Origin: Thraustochytrium aureum
Lineage: Eukaryota
Length of the DNA stretch: 41,754 nucleotides
NCBI GenBank assembly: GCA_012862495.1
Contig: BLSG01000106.1
Span: 1 to 41,754 of the forward strand
Direction: 5' to 3'
In this document: one piece after another, positions 1 through 8,269 of the stretch
How positions within the stretch are numbered: position 1 is the stretch's first letter
Layout of the letters: every line of letters begins with the position of its first letter
Made by a program: the position numbers and the translations under genes
The notes under the pieces: model-generated
Database searches by the model: none
What the model was told of the DNA's origin: nothing
The model's input: only the letters and a program-made list of their open reading frames with translations

Positions 1-982
1 AGTCCCTGCACGTGATGCGGGACGGCTTGGAAGCTGCCAGAGCAGAGGCCGAGGCGGCGCGAAGCGAGCTCGCCAAGGACGGCGAGCTGGCGAGCCAAGC
101 CACCACGGAACTGCAGGCGGAGCGGACGCGCTCGCGCAAGGTGGAGCAAGAGCTGCGTAAAGAGCTCGAAGCCGCGCGGCGGGCCGTACGCGAAAGTCGC
201 CTGGAGGCCGAGGAGGCGCTCTCCCGCGCAGAAGACGCCTCCAGGCGCGCCAAGGAGGCGGAGAGTGCGCGGCAAAGCGCTGAGGGCAAATTGGCAGACG
301 AGGCGCGACGGAGCCGCGAGCAGATGGCCCGGGCGACACTTAGCGCGAGCGCAAAGGCGGACATGCAGTCGGAGCAAATCCGCGAGTTGCGCGCACGGCT
401 CGCATCATACGAGGGGCACAGCTACGGAGCCACCCCAATAGCGCAGCAGGGCTCGGGACCGACCCCGCGACCGGCCTCGCCACTCGCCACGGTGGAAGAG
501 CTTGTCGTGGACGTTGATCTGCCGAGCGGAATGTCTGTCGAGCTTGTTGTGCGGTCTGACGACGACCCGCGAATGGCGATCGAAGAGTTTGCCCGCCAGC
601 ACGCACTCTCGCCGCGAGTAGCACGACACCTGGAAAGCTATGTGTGCTCGCAGTTGGGAGTCTGTGGTCGCGAGGCGCCAGCGAGGCGCGAGAGTGTCGG
701 CGGCGACTCGTTGCAGCCGCCTTCACCTCCCCCATCGCCGCCCCCATCGCCGCCCCTTTCCCGCTCGGTGACGGGGCGGGCAACGGAGAGCTCGCAAAAG
801 GCGACAGTTCGCGAGAAGTTTCAACGATGGTGCAAAGCGAGAGCGACATTGAGGCCAAAGATGGAGCGGCTCCGGGCGAGGACTCGCTGTCAGGTCAGGA
901 CGGCAGCGCGCAGCAGGGCAAATCTGAGAGCCGCCTTCGTCGGCTGAGTCGATTGCGCGAGCGGCTCGAGATCCACACTTGA
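1..982 (+). CDS. 3' part of a coiled-coil protein with a small C-terminal alpha/beta domain (starts upstream of window; probable frameshift near 755)
   Basis: ORF 12..947 is E/A/R-rich heptad-like, followed by ELVVDVDLPSGMSVELVVRSDDDPRMAIEEFARQHAL. Adding one C to the CCCC run near 755 joins it to the 644..982 frame (PFPLGDGAGNG...RLRERLEIHT*). Confidence 0.6.
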
Positions 983-1255
983 TTATTTACTCCATGGGGT
1001 TGCGTGTTGCTCTGCGCAGAGTACGCTAGAGGACGCGAGGCGCGACCTCCAAAGGAAAAGGGAAAGAAGCGGCGCTGCAGAACCTACTAGTTTGAGTAGG
1101 CAGGCAGCGGCGGCACCAACAGGAACGTCTCGCTGCGCCACGGAGGCGACTCGCTGGAGAGGCGCAAGGCCGGCCCTGTGAGGACCAGGCCCCAAATGCG
1201 AATCAAAAGGTTAGCAGATGACGCAAAGCTCGCCGGCTGACAGCTTTACGGTGTT

Positions 1256-1276
1256 GAGACGTCCGTGACCAACTTG
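1256..1276 (+). repeat. Left arm of 21-bp inverted repeat GAGACGTCCGTGACCAACTTG
   Basis: Matches the reverse complement of 3874-3894 at 20/21 positions. Confidence 0.85.
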
Positions 1277-1738
1277 CTGATAATGCCGTTGTCTTTACAA
1301 GGAAGGTATTCACGGTCAACGTCTTTTCCTGCGTGCCTGCGGACGAAGCCGCGCACGAGCGAGCAATGCGTTGAGACGGCTGTCTGTTGGGGAGTTCGGG
1401 AGCAGGCCACAGCTTGCATCAGGCTCGGCCGTGTTGCTGCTTCCTCCATGCCCTCCGCTGTTCGACTCGTTGTGCCGGACACAAGAGCAAGCGTGTCAAT
1501 GCCACCAATTTCCATCGCACTTTTTTTCAATTTCAAAAATCTTGATCAACCAGGTGACGAGCCAGCCCGATTGCGCGCGGCGGGATTTGTTCCACGAAGC
1601 GACAGATGCTACGATTGAATCTGACGTTCTCAGCATCGGCGCGAAAACTACTGCTGCGACCCGCAAAGGTCGCAAAGCCCAACCCGCCACCGCGAGAGCC
1701 ATCTCGACGGGCTTGATGCTATTGCACTGACGGAGCGA

Positions 1739-3367
1739 TCAACTCGAGCTACTGCTCGAACCCGCAAGGTTCGTTTCCTGCACTGTGCGAGTGTATTGAT
1801 GATCCTTTGAAGTGGCAAATACCTTCGCAAGAAATCTCCTTCCGGCTCTTTTCGCCCTCGAAGGTGGGGCGCAGACTTGGATTTGACTCAGCAGGTTGCC
1901 AATCTTGAAAGCATTGAACATGGTCCAAAACGCGATCCACATTGACGGACCGCCCTCTACAGCCCCGGTCGCAAGGAAAAAGAAAGTTCCTACGTTGCCT
2001 GTTGCGCACAACGCAGAAACGCGAACCCAGAAGCGTGTTCGAAACTCGAGGCGCTCGAGAGCAATTGAGCGATGCTTGAGGACCACGGCGCATCCGGTGG
2101 CGTCAATCACGGTGTTGTTGAGGAGTCTGGACATTTCCGCAGTTTCTTTGAGCAAGACGACGACGACGATGCTCTGCATAATGACGAAAGTACCAGGAAC
2201 CAACAAGGTTATCATCTTGTACGTGGCGCTGGTGGCGTTGACTGTGACCAGGGACCCGATCAAATCGACGGCGAAGAGCAGCGCTGCGGCAGCGTGAAGT
2301 CGGGCCGACTTTGACACGAGGCCCTCACGGCCGTACAGCAGGACGTGCTGAAGAATGCGGTACTGCGAGGCGACGAGGTAGTCGGTTGCGATAGAGGACC
2401 CGAACATGCACGTGTAGAAGTATGTCACGGTGTTGTTCGATAGGACTGTTCCGGTGAACTTGTTGCCAAGCGCCTCCAGAACGCCGAGTATCACGCCGCT
2501 GATGGCGTTTGAAACAAGGATCCCGAGCTGCATCTTGTTGTACGAGTGCGAGCGAACTCTTCTCGTGAGGTACGAGACAGACAACACTGTCAGGGAGAAG
2601 TATGCGCCTGGGATGAGCATCCGGGAAATAAAAACCCATCCCACAGAGTCGTAGACCAGGATGCTGTCATTTGAGTCCTGCGTCACGTTTCCCCACATCC
2701 GGACCAGTGCCGCACCGTCTTGAGCCTTGTACTGCTCGCGAAGCTGAAAACTGAGGTCCGATTCGTACTGAACGTGGAGCCACACGCACGTTCGCAGCTG
2801 CGGGTATTCTTCGGACAGCGCAGCGAACCCGTCGCCATCGTTCTCCCTGGCCCACAACCCCGGGTACAGATCCTTATTCACGCGAACGATGGCCGCGCCG
2901 CCGAGGTCGCACCAGGCCTGCAAGAATCGATAGTCCCCCAGTGTCCCAAGTCGACCCCCGCAGGAGGTGTCAATATTCTGATCAACGAGGACGATTTTCC
3001 CGGCATACTTGGACTTCACCGATGCATCAGAACCGTCGCACCACGCGCTGTGGTCCCGTTCCGTGAACCAGGCGATCTCCACGTCGTGCGCCTCGAAGCT
3101 GTCCGGCCCCAGACTCAGGAACTTCTTCGGCGCTTTCGGAAACAAAGCAACAGGCACGCCAGCACGCTCGATGGCCTCTAGCGCATCGATAGATTCTGCT
3201 CCGCCTTGCTCCGCGTGAGAGATCACGATGGCGCCGACGCCAGATGAGGGCAGGCACGCAAGCAAAGCCAATAGTAGCCGCGACGCGGTTAACCTTGCCC
3301 GCACGAGTGACCGTCGAAGGCCGTGCGGTCGTCGACAGTCTTGCGTCGCTCTCGCGAGCCCCACCAT
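1739..3367 (-). CDS. Signal peptide + PA-like extracellular domain + 7-transmembrane (GPCR-like topology) protein, paralogue 1
   Basis: Intact ORF with ATG at 3367. Hydrophobic N-terminus LLLALLACLP, PA-like motif KYAGKIVLVDQNIDTSCGG, and seven hydrophobic segments from VGWVFISRMLIPGAYFSL to MWIAFWTMFNAFKIGNLL. Homologous to 5510..7057. Confidence 0.8.
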   Translation of the reverse strand: MVGLARATQDCRRPHGLRRSLVRARLTASRLLLALLACLPSSGVGAIVISHAEQGGAESIDALEAIERAGVPVALFPKAPKKFLSLGPDSFEAHDVEIAWFTERDHSAWCDGSDASVKSKYAGKIVLVDQNIDTSCGGRLGTLGDYRFLQAWCDLGGAAIVRVNKDLYPGLWARENDGDGFAALSEEYPQLRTCVWLHVQYESDLSFQLREQYKAQDGAALVRMWGNVTQDSNDSILVYDSVGWVFISRMLIPGAYFSLTVLSVSYLTRRVRSHSYNKMQLGILVSNAISGVILGVLEALGNKFTGTVLSNNTVTYFYTCMFGSSIATDYLVASQYRILQHVLLYGREGLVSKSARLHAAAALLFAVDLIGSLVTVNATSATYKMITLLVPGTFVIMQSIVVVVLLKETAEMSRLLNNTVIDATGCAVVLKHRSIALERLEFRTRFWVRVSALCATGNVGTFFFLATGAVEGGPSMWIAFWTMFNAFKIGNLLSQIQVCAPPSRAKRAGRRFLAKVFATSKDHQYTRTVQETNLAGSSSSSS

Positions 3368-3873
3368 GCCTTTCGACAATCGCGCATTGGCTTGCTTGCC
3401 GTTGGCGGCCTCGCAGAATGGGTCCGTCCTGGCCTCCCTCTTGAGAGCGGTAATCGTGAGCAGTGACGCTTTGTGAGGCTGCGAACGCCGTCACAGGCGA
3501 TCGGTGTCGGAGCTGCAGAGGAAGCTGGTCAAGCGAGATTTGGGTTAACCTTATGCACCCTAGCTGGACGCTACGTAGCGCGACGTCCACGTTCTTCGAC
3601 ACCTGTGCACTGTGCATCCTATCCGTTGGGTCCGTTGAGAAATCAGACCCAGTAGCGTGCGAGGGCCTCCAACCCAGATGGGACACGCGAAGGCAGGTCC
3701 CACCGCCTGCGCTTGCGTCGAAAATCTAATCTAGGTCCCGGCGTGGGCCCTCTCCTGCAAGCCGCCTTCGTCTGGTGGCTGGGGCTCGCAGGTTTCTGCT
3801 GGTTATCTCCGGCTGGTCCACCAAGAGGTTGCTTGGTGCAACTCAACTATTTCGATCCGAAGGTCGTCGTAAA

Positions 3874-3894
3874 CAAGTTTGTCACGGACGTCTC
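3874..3894 (-). repeat. Right arm of 21-bp inverted repeat (CAAGTTTGTCACGGACGTCTC), 8 bp before an assembly gap
   Basis: Reverse complement GAGACGTCCGTGACAAACTTG versus 1256-1276: one mismatch. Confidence 0.85.
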
Positions 3895-4494
3895 GAGTCA
3901 ACNNNNNNNNNNNNNNNNNNNNNNNNNNNNNNNNNNNNNNNNNNNNNNNNNNNNNNNNNNNNNNNNNNNNNNNNNNNNNNNNNNNNNNNNNNNNNNNNNN
4001 NNNNNNNNNNNNNNNNNNNNNNNNNNNNNNNNNNNNNNNNNNNNNNNNNNNNNNNNNNNNNNNNNNNNNNNNNNNNNNNNNNNNNNNNNNNNNNNNNNNN
4101 NNNNNNNNNNNNNNNNNNNNNNNNNNNNNNNNNNNNNNNNNNNNNNNNNNNNNNNNNNNNNNNNNNNNNNNNNNNNNNNNNNNNNNNNNNNNNNNNNNNN
4201 NNNNNNNNNNNNNNNNNNNNNNNNNNNNNNNNNNNNNNNNNNNNNNNNNNNNNNNNNNNNNNNNNNNNNNNNNNNNNNNNNNNNNNNNNNNNNNNNNNNN
4301 NNNNNNNNNNNNNNNNNNNNNNNNNNNNNNNNNNNNNNNNNNNNNNNNNNNNNNNNNNNNNNNNNNNNNNNNNNNNNNNNNNNNNNNNNNNNNNNNNNNN
4401 NNNNNNNNNNNNNNNNNNNNNNNNNNNNNNNNNNNNNNNNNNNNNNNNNNNNNNNNNNNNNNNNNNNNNNNNNNNNNNNNNNNNNNNNNNNNNN

Positions 4495-5188
4495 TGTCTC
4501 CGACTCAGGTCCAGCGAAACGTTTCCCCACATCCGGACGAGCAATGTGTCATCTTGGGACGATTGCTGCTGCTGGCGAAGCTCGAAACTGAGGTCTGTCT
4601 CGAACCGGGCATGCAGCCAGACGCAGGTTCGCAGAAGTGGGTTCTCGTCAGTCATGGCGGCAAACCCGTCTCCATCATTCTCCCTGGCCCACAGTCCGGG
4701 GTACAGCGTAGGATTGACTCGAACAAGCGCCAAGCTCTCGAGGCTGCACCAAAGCGGCAGAAATCGATATTCGCCAAGTGACCCCAATCGCCCCCCGAGG
4801 ACGTGTCAAGATCACTGTCAAATAGAACCACCTTCCCAGAGTACTTGTCCTTGATCTCGGACGGGCTTCCATCGCACCACGCGCTGTGGTCTCGCACCGT
4901 CAACCAAACGATCTCGACGTTGCGAGCTTCAAAGCTGTCCGGCCCCAAGCTCAGGTACTTTTTCGTTGACTTGGGGAAGAGGGTGGCTGGGAGGCCAGCG
5001 CGCTCGATGGCCTCCAGCGCACCGGTAGACCCGGCGCCGCTCTGCTCGACTCGAGCGATCACGACAGCGCCTTGACCAGTGGTCGGCAGGCTGGACGCAA
5101 GCGCAAGGAACAGGAGGAGGCTACTGGCAAGCCTTGCCCGCTTTCGCGGGCGCGGCCCGGCTATCGCAGCCATCGAAATCGCCAACAT
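4495..5188 (-). pseudogene. Paralogue 2 of the PA-7TM family; only signal peptide and ectodomain visible, frameshifted near 4795
   Basis: ORF 4652..5188 (LFPKSTKKYLSLGPDSFEA...KYSGKVVLFD) continues in ORF 3882..4787 (GSLGEYRFL...YPGLWARENDGDGF...VRMWGNV). One base is missing at TCC T-C GGG GGG CGA. This could be a homopolymer error rather than true pseudogenisation. Confidence 0.6.
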
Positions 5189-5509
5189 GCCGTGCGTGAG
5201 CCGCGCATTGCTGTGCGACGTTCCACTTGCAATGGTCGCTGCATTTCAACTTGCGCAGAGCACCAGAACGACAGACTCAGGGTGAGTCTCAACGGCTCTG
5301 CGCGAGCTCCTTGGTCGGAACAGAGTGAAGTTGCGCTCTCTCTACTAGAGCAAGAGGCCTGATCTTGAAACCGAGAAAAGCATCCTGGCAATTGCTGAAG
5401 CAATTGTGCTCGCGGTCGCGCCACTGGCATGCGAAGGAGCGAAAACCCACGTGCAGGGCCAGCGGTTGGGCCTGAAATCCTTTCTTTCGCCACATGATTT
5501 TGTTATGGT

Positions 5510-7057
5510 TCACTGATTGCGCTGCTCGCCATGCGGCACAGTTCGAGGGCGCGAAGCGAGCACCTTATGCCTTGGCCTCGCGCTGGACGGCGGGGCACAC
5601 ACTTGCGTTTGGCTCAGCATATTGCCAACTTTGATGATGTTGAACGTGCTCCAAAACCAAATCCAAATGGTTGGGTTGTCTTCTGCCTCGCCGGTTGCAA
5701 GCAGGGCAAAGATCCCCAAGTTGCCCGTCGCACACAACGCAGAGACTCGAACCCAGAAACGGATTCTCAACTCGAGGCGCTTGAGCCCCCGCGAGCCCTT
5801 CTTTGCCAGGTCAGCACGGTCCGCGTCCTGCTGTGCGACAGAAACCTTGCTCTTGAGCAGCCGTGCGGTTTCCCTGGTTTCCTTGAGCAAGAGGACGATC
5901 ACGAAACTCTGCATGAGGCAGAAGATCGCCGGAAACAACACGTTGAGAAGCTTGTAGGTCCCGCTTGTGGCGTGCAGGATTACCGACGAACCGATCAGAT
6001 CGATGGCGAATAGAAATCCTGCTGCGAGGTGGAGTTGAACGGATTTGGACGCGAGTCCATCGCGCCCGTGCCGCAGGACGTGCTGGAGCACGCGATACTG
6101 TGACGCGAGGAGGTAGTCGGTCGCAATCGAAGACCCGAACATGCACGTGTAGAAAAATGCCACCACTTTGTTTGGCAGGAGGGCCCCTGTGTACTTGTTG
6201 CCGAGAGCCTCCAGCACGCCGAGAATCGCGCCGCTGGCGGCGTTTGAAACGAGTATCCCGACTTGCATCCTGTTGTACGACTGTGCGCGAACCCGCTGGA
6301 CCAGGTAGTTGACAGACAACGCCGCCAGGGAGAAGTAGGCGCCTGGGATGAGCATCCGGGAAATAAAAACCCACCCCACAGAGTCGTAGACCAAGATGCT
6401 ATCGTTTGGGTCCAGCGTCACGTTTCCCCACATCCGGACCAGCGCCGCATCGTTTTTGGCCTTGTACTGGTGGCGGGCCTCTAAGCCCAGTTCCGTTTCG
6501 AACCGGACATGCAGCCACACGCAAGTTCGCAGCTGCGGGTATTCTTCGGACAGCGCAGCGAACCCGTCGCCATCGTTCTCCCTGGCCCACAACCCCGGGT
6601 ACAGCTCCTTATTCACACGAACGATGGCCGCGCCCCCGAGGTCGCACCAGGCCTGCAAGAATCGATAGTCCCCCAGTGTCCCAAGTCGACCCCCGCAGGA
6701 GGTGTCAATATTCTGATCAACGAGGACGATTTTCCCGGCGTACTTGGTCTTCACCGATGCGTCAGTGCCGTCGCACCACGCGCTGTGGTCCCGTTCCGTG
6801 AACCAGGCGATCTCCACGTCGTGCGCCTCGAAGCTGTCTGGACCCAAGCTCAAGTACTTTTTGGTCGATTTAGGGAAGAGCGTGACTGGCAGGCCAACGC
6901 GCTCGAAGGCTTGGAGCGCGCCAGCAGAGTCGGGGCCGCTCTGCTCCGCTCGGGTGATCACGATGGCGCTTTGGCCGGTCGTGAGCATGCCGGCGAACGC
7001 AGCCAGCACAAGCCCCGCTCGCGCGATTGCGCCCGAGCGCACGCGCCGTTCGTCCAT
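5510..7057 (-). CDS. Signal peptide + PA-like domain + 7TM protein, paralogue 3
   Basis: Intact ORF with ATG at 7057 (MDERRVRSG). Colinear with paralogue 1 over the full length and shows the same seven hydrophobic segments. Confidence 0.8.
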   Translation of the reverse strand: MDERRVRSGAIARAGLVLAAFAGMLTTGQSAIVITRAEQSGPDSAGALQAFERVGLPVTLFPKSTKKYLSLGPDSFEAHDVEIAWFTERDHSAWCDGTDASVKTKYAGKIVLVDQNIDTSCGGRLGTLGDYRFLQAWCDLGGAAIVRVNKELYPGLWARENDGDGFAALSEEYPQLRTCVWLHVRFETELGLEARHQYKAKNDAALVRMWGNVTLDPNDSILVYDSVGWVFISRMLIPGAYFSLAALSVNYLVQRVRAQSYNRMQVGILVSNAASGAILGVLEALGNKYTGALLPNKVVAFFYTCMFGSSIATDYLLASQYRVLQHVLRHGRDGLASKSVQLHLAAGFLFAIDLIGSSVILHATSGTYKLLNVLFPAIFCLMQSFVIVLLLKETRETARLLKSKVSVAQQDADRADLAKKGSRGLKRLELRIRFWVRVSALCATGNLGIFALLATGEAEDNPTIWIWFWSTFNIIKVGNMLSQTQVCAPPSSARPRHKVLASRPRTVPHGEQRNQ

Positions 7058-7408
7058 CGCGAACGATGCAAGGACACTGGGTAACTGCTGGATGGACAAG
7101 AAGCCCTCTGTGCGTATGTCCGTTGAGGGTGTTTCGCCCCCCGGGCCTCCCGAATCTTCTCACACACTGTTGACTGGTTGACTGCGGCTCGACGGCACTG
7201 GGCAAGCTCAGGGAGAGAGCTCCTTTGCACAGCTACCCGGGCGGTTCACAAGTTCTGTTGGCTGATCGTCCACTCGCTTGGCGCCGACGTCGAGTCCGTG
7301 CCCAGCTCTAGGTCAACGGATCTGCGACTTGAAAAAAACCGAACGCCGTCGAACGAACGCGCGCAGCAGCGTCCGAGCGTTAGGGGCCCTAGCCGGCGCG
7401 GCGGCTCC

Positions 7409-7614
7409 GGCGAACCCAATCCGGGTGAGCCAAGGTCGTGCTCGTTCTTGATCAATCAACGAAAAACAAACAAACTTCGATTCTGGCGAACCCAATCCGC
7501 TGACCAGGTGAGCCAATGTCGTGCTCCGATTCTGGCGAACCCAATCCGCTGACCAGGTGAGCCAAGGTCGTGCTCGTTCTGGATCAATCAACGAAAAACA
7601 AACAAACTTCGATT
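7409..7614. repeat. Composite tandem repeat in A-B-A-A-B arrangement
   Basis: A = GGCGAACCCAATCCG(CTGACCA)GGTGAGCCAAKGTCGTGCTC, three copies. B = GTTCTKGATCAATCAACGAAAAACAAACAAACTTCGATT, two copies. Confidence 0.85.
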
Positions 7615-7643
7615 TCTCTACTCACAGGAGACAGACAGCACGA

Positions 7644-7694
7644 GCACGACTGATCGCACGACTGAGCGCACGACTGAGCGCACGACTGATCGCA
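7644..7694. repeat. 12-bp minisatellite (GCACGACTGAKC)x4
   Basis: Read directly from the sequence. Confidence 0.85.
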
Positions 7695-7991
7695 ACACGG
7701 CTATTCATTGCAAAGAACGCTTTGATGGCTTTAAAGGATCGACCATTCGATATCCAACTCGAACTGGCCATCTCGGTGAGGGGACCAAAGCTGCATGCGA
7801 CGACGCTCGAGCAAGCCAGCAGGATTAGTTGGCCGCCCGGGATTGTTCCCGCCGCCCGCCGTTCATCGGCGCGCGCGCGTACTGTGCGCGACGGTTTCTG
7901 GCCGGCCCGTCTTGGCGAGAGGGACCGTTCCACGTACAACGACGCTGCAACCAACCGCCGTGTGCGAGTTAACGAGCAACGCTCGAGCCGG

Positions 7992-8269
7992 TCAATGTCG
8001 AGAGTCTCTGCGCAAGGCGCCAAAGTCCTCGTGCAGGACCGGGTCAGAGGCAAGTGTCAGAACAACTCGCTCGGGCTGTTCGTCAGCACCTGTGATGGCG
8101 AGGGTGTACGCCTGGCGCGCGCTGAGAACGGTCGAAGCGCTGGTTTTCCGAGCTTGGCTGAGCATCTTGGGCGTCGCGCCTTCAAGTAGATCCACATCAC
8201 AGGTGGGGAGCTTGAGACGTTCGCACAGAGCGAGCCCGCGGTTGATTTCGTCCAGATGGCGACGCCGAA
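7992..8269 (-). CDS. Possible 3' fragment of an unknown gene running out of the gap
   Basis: Protein-like frame RRHLDEINRGLALCERLKLPTCDVDLLEG...; no family recognised and the end may be frameshifted. Confidence 0.3.

Noticed and set aside
1420..1530. B-box-like GTTCGACTC followed by a T7 run, suggesting a tRNA or SINE
   Set aside because: No convincing A-box, T-stem or cloverleaf could be formed.
1739..7057. Signal peptide peptidase-like (SPPL2) identity for the PA-TM proteins
   Set aside because: No GxGD or PAL motifs, and about seven rather than nine TM segments.
7409..7614. Possible CRISPR-like array
   Set aside because: The inter-repeat segments are themselves duplicated, there are no unique spacers, no cas genes are present, and the context is eukaryotic.
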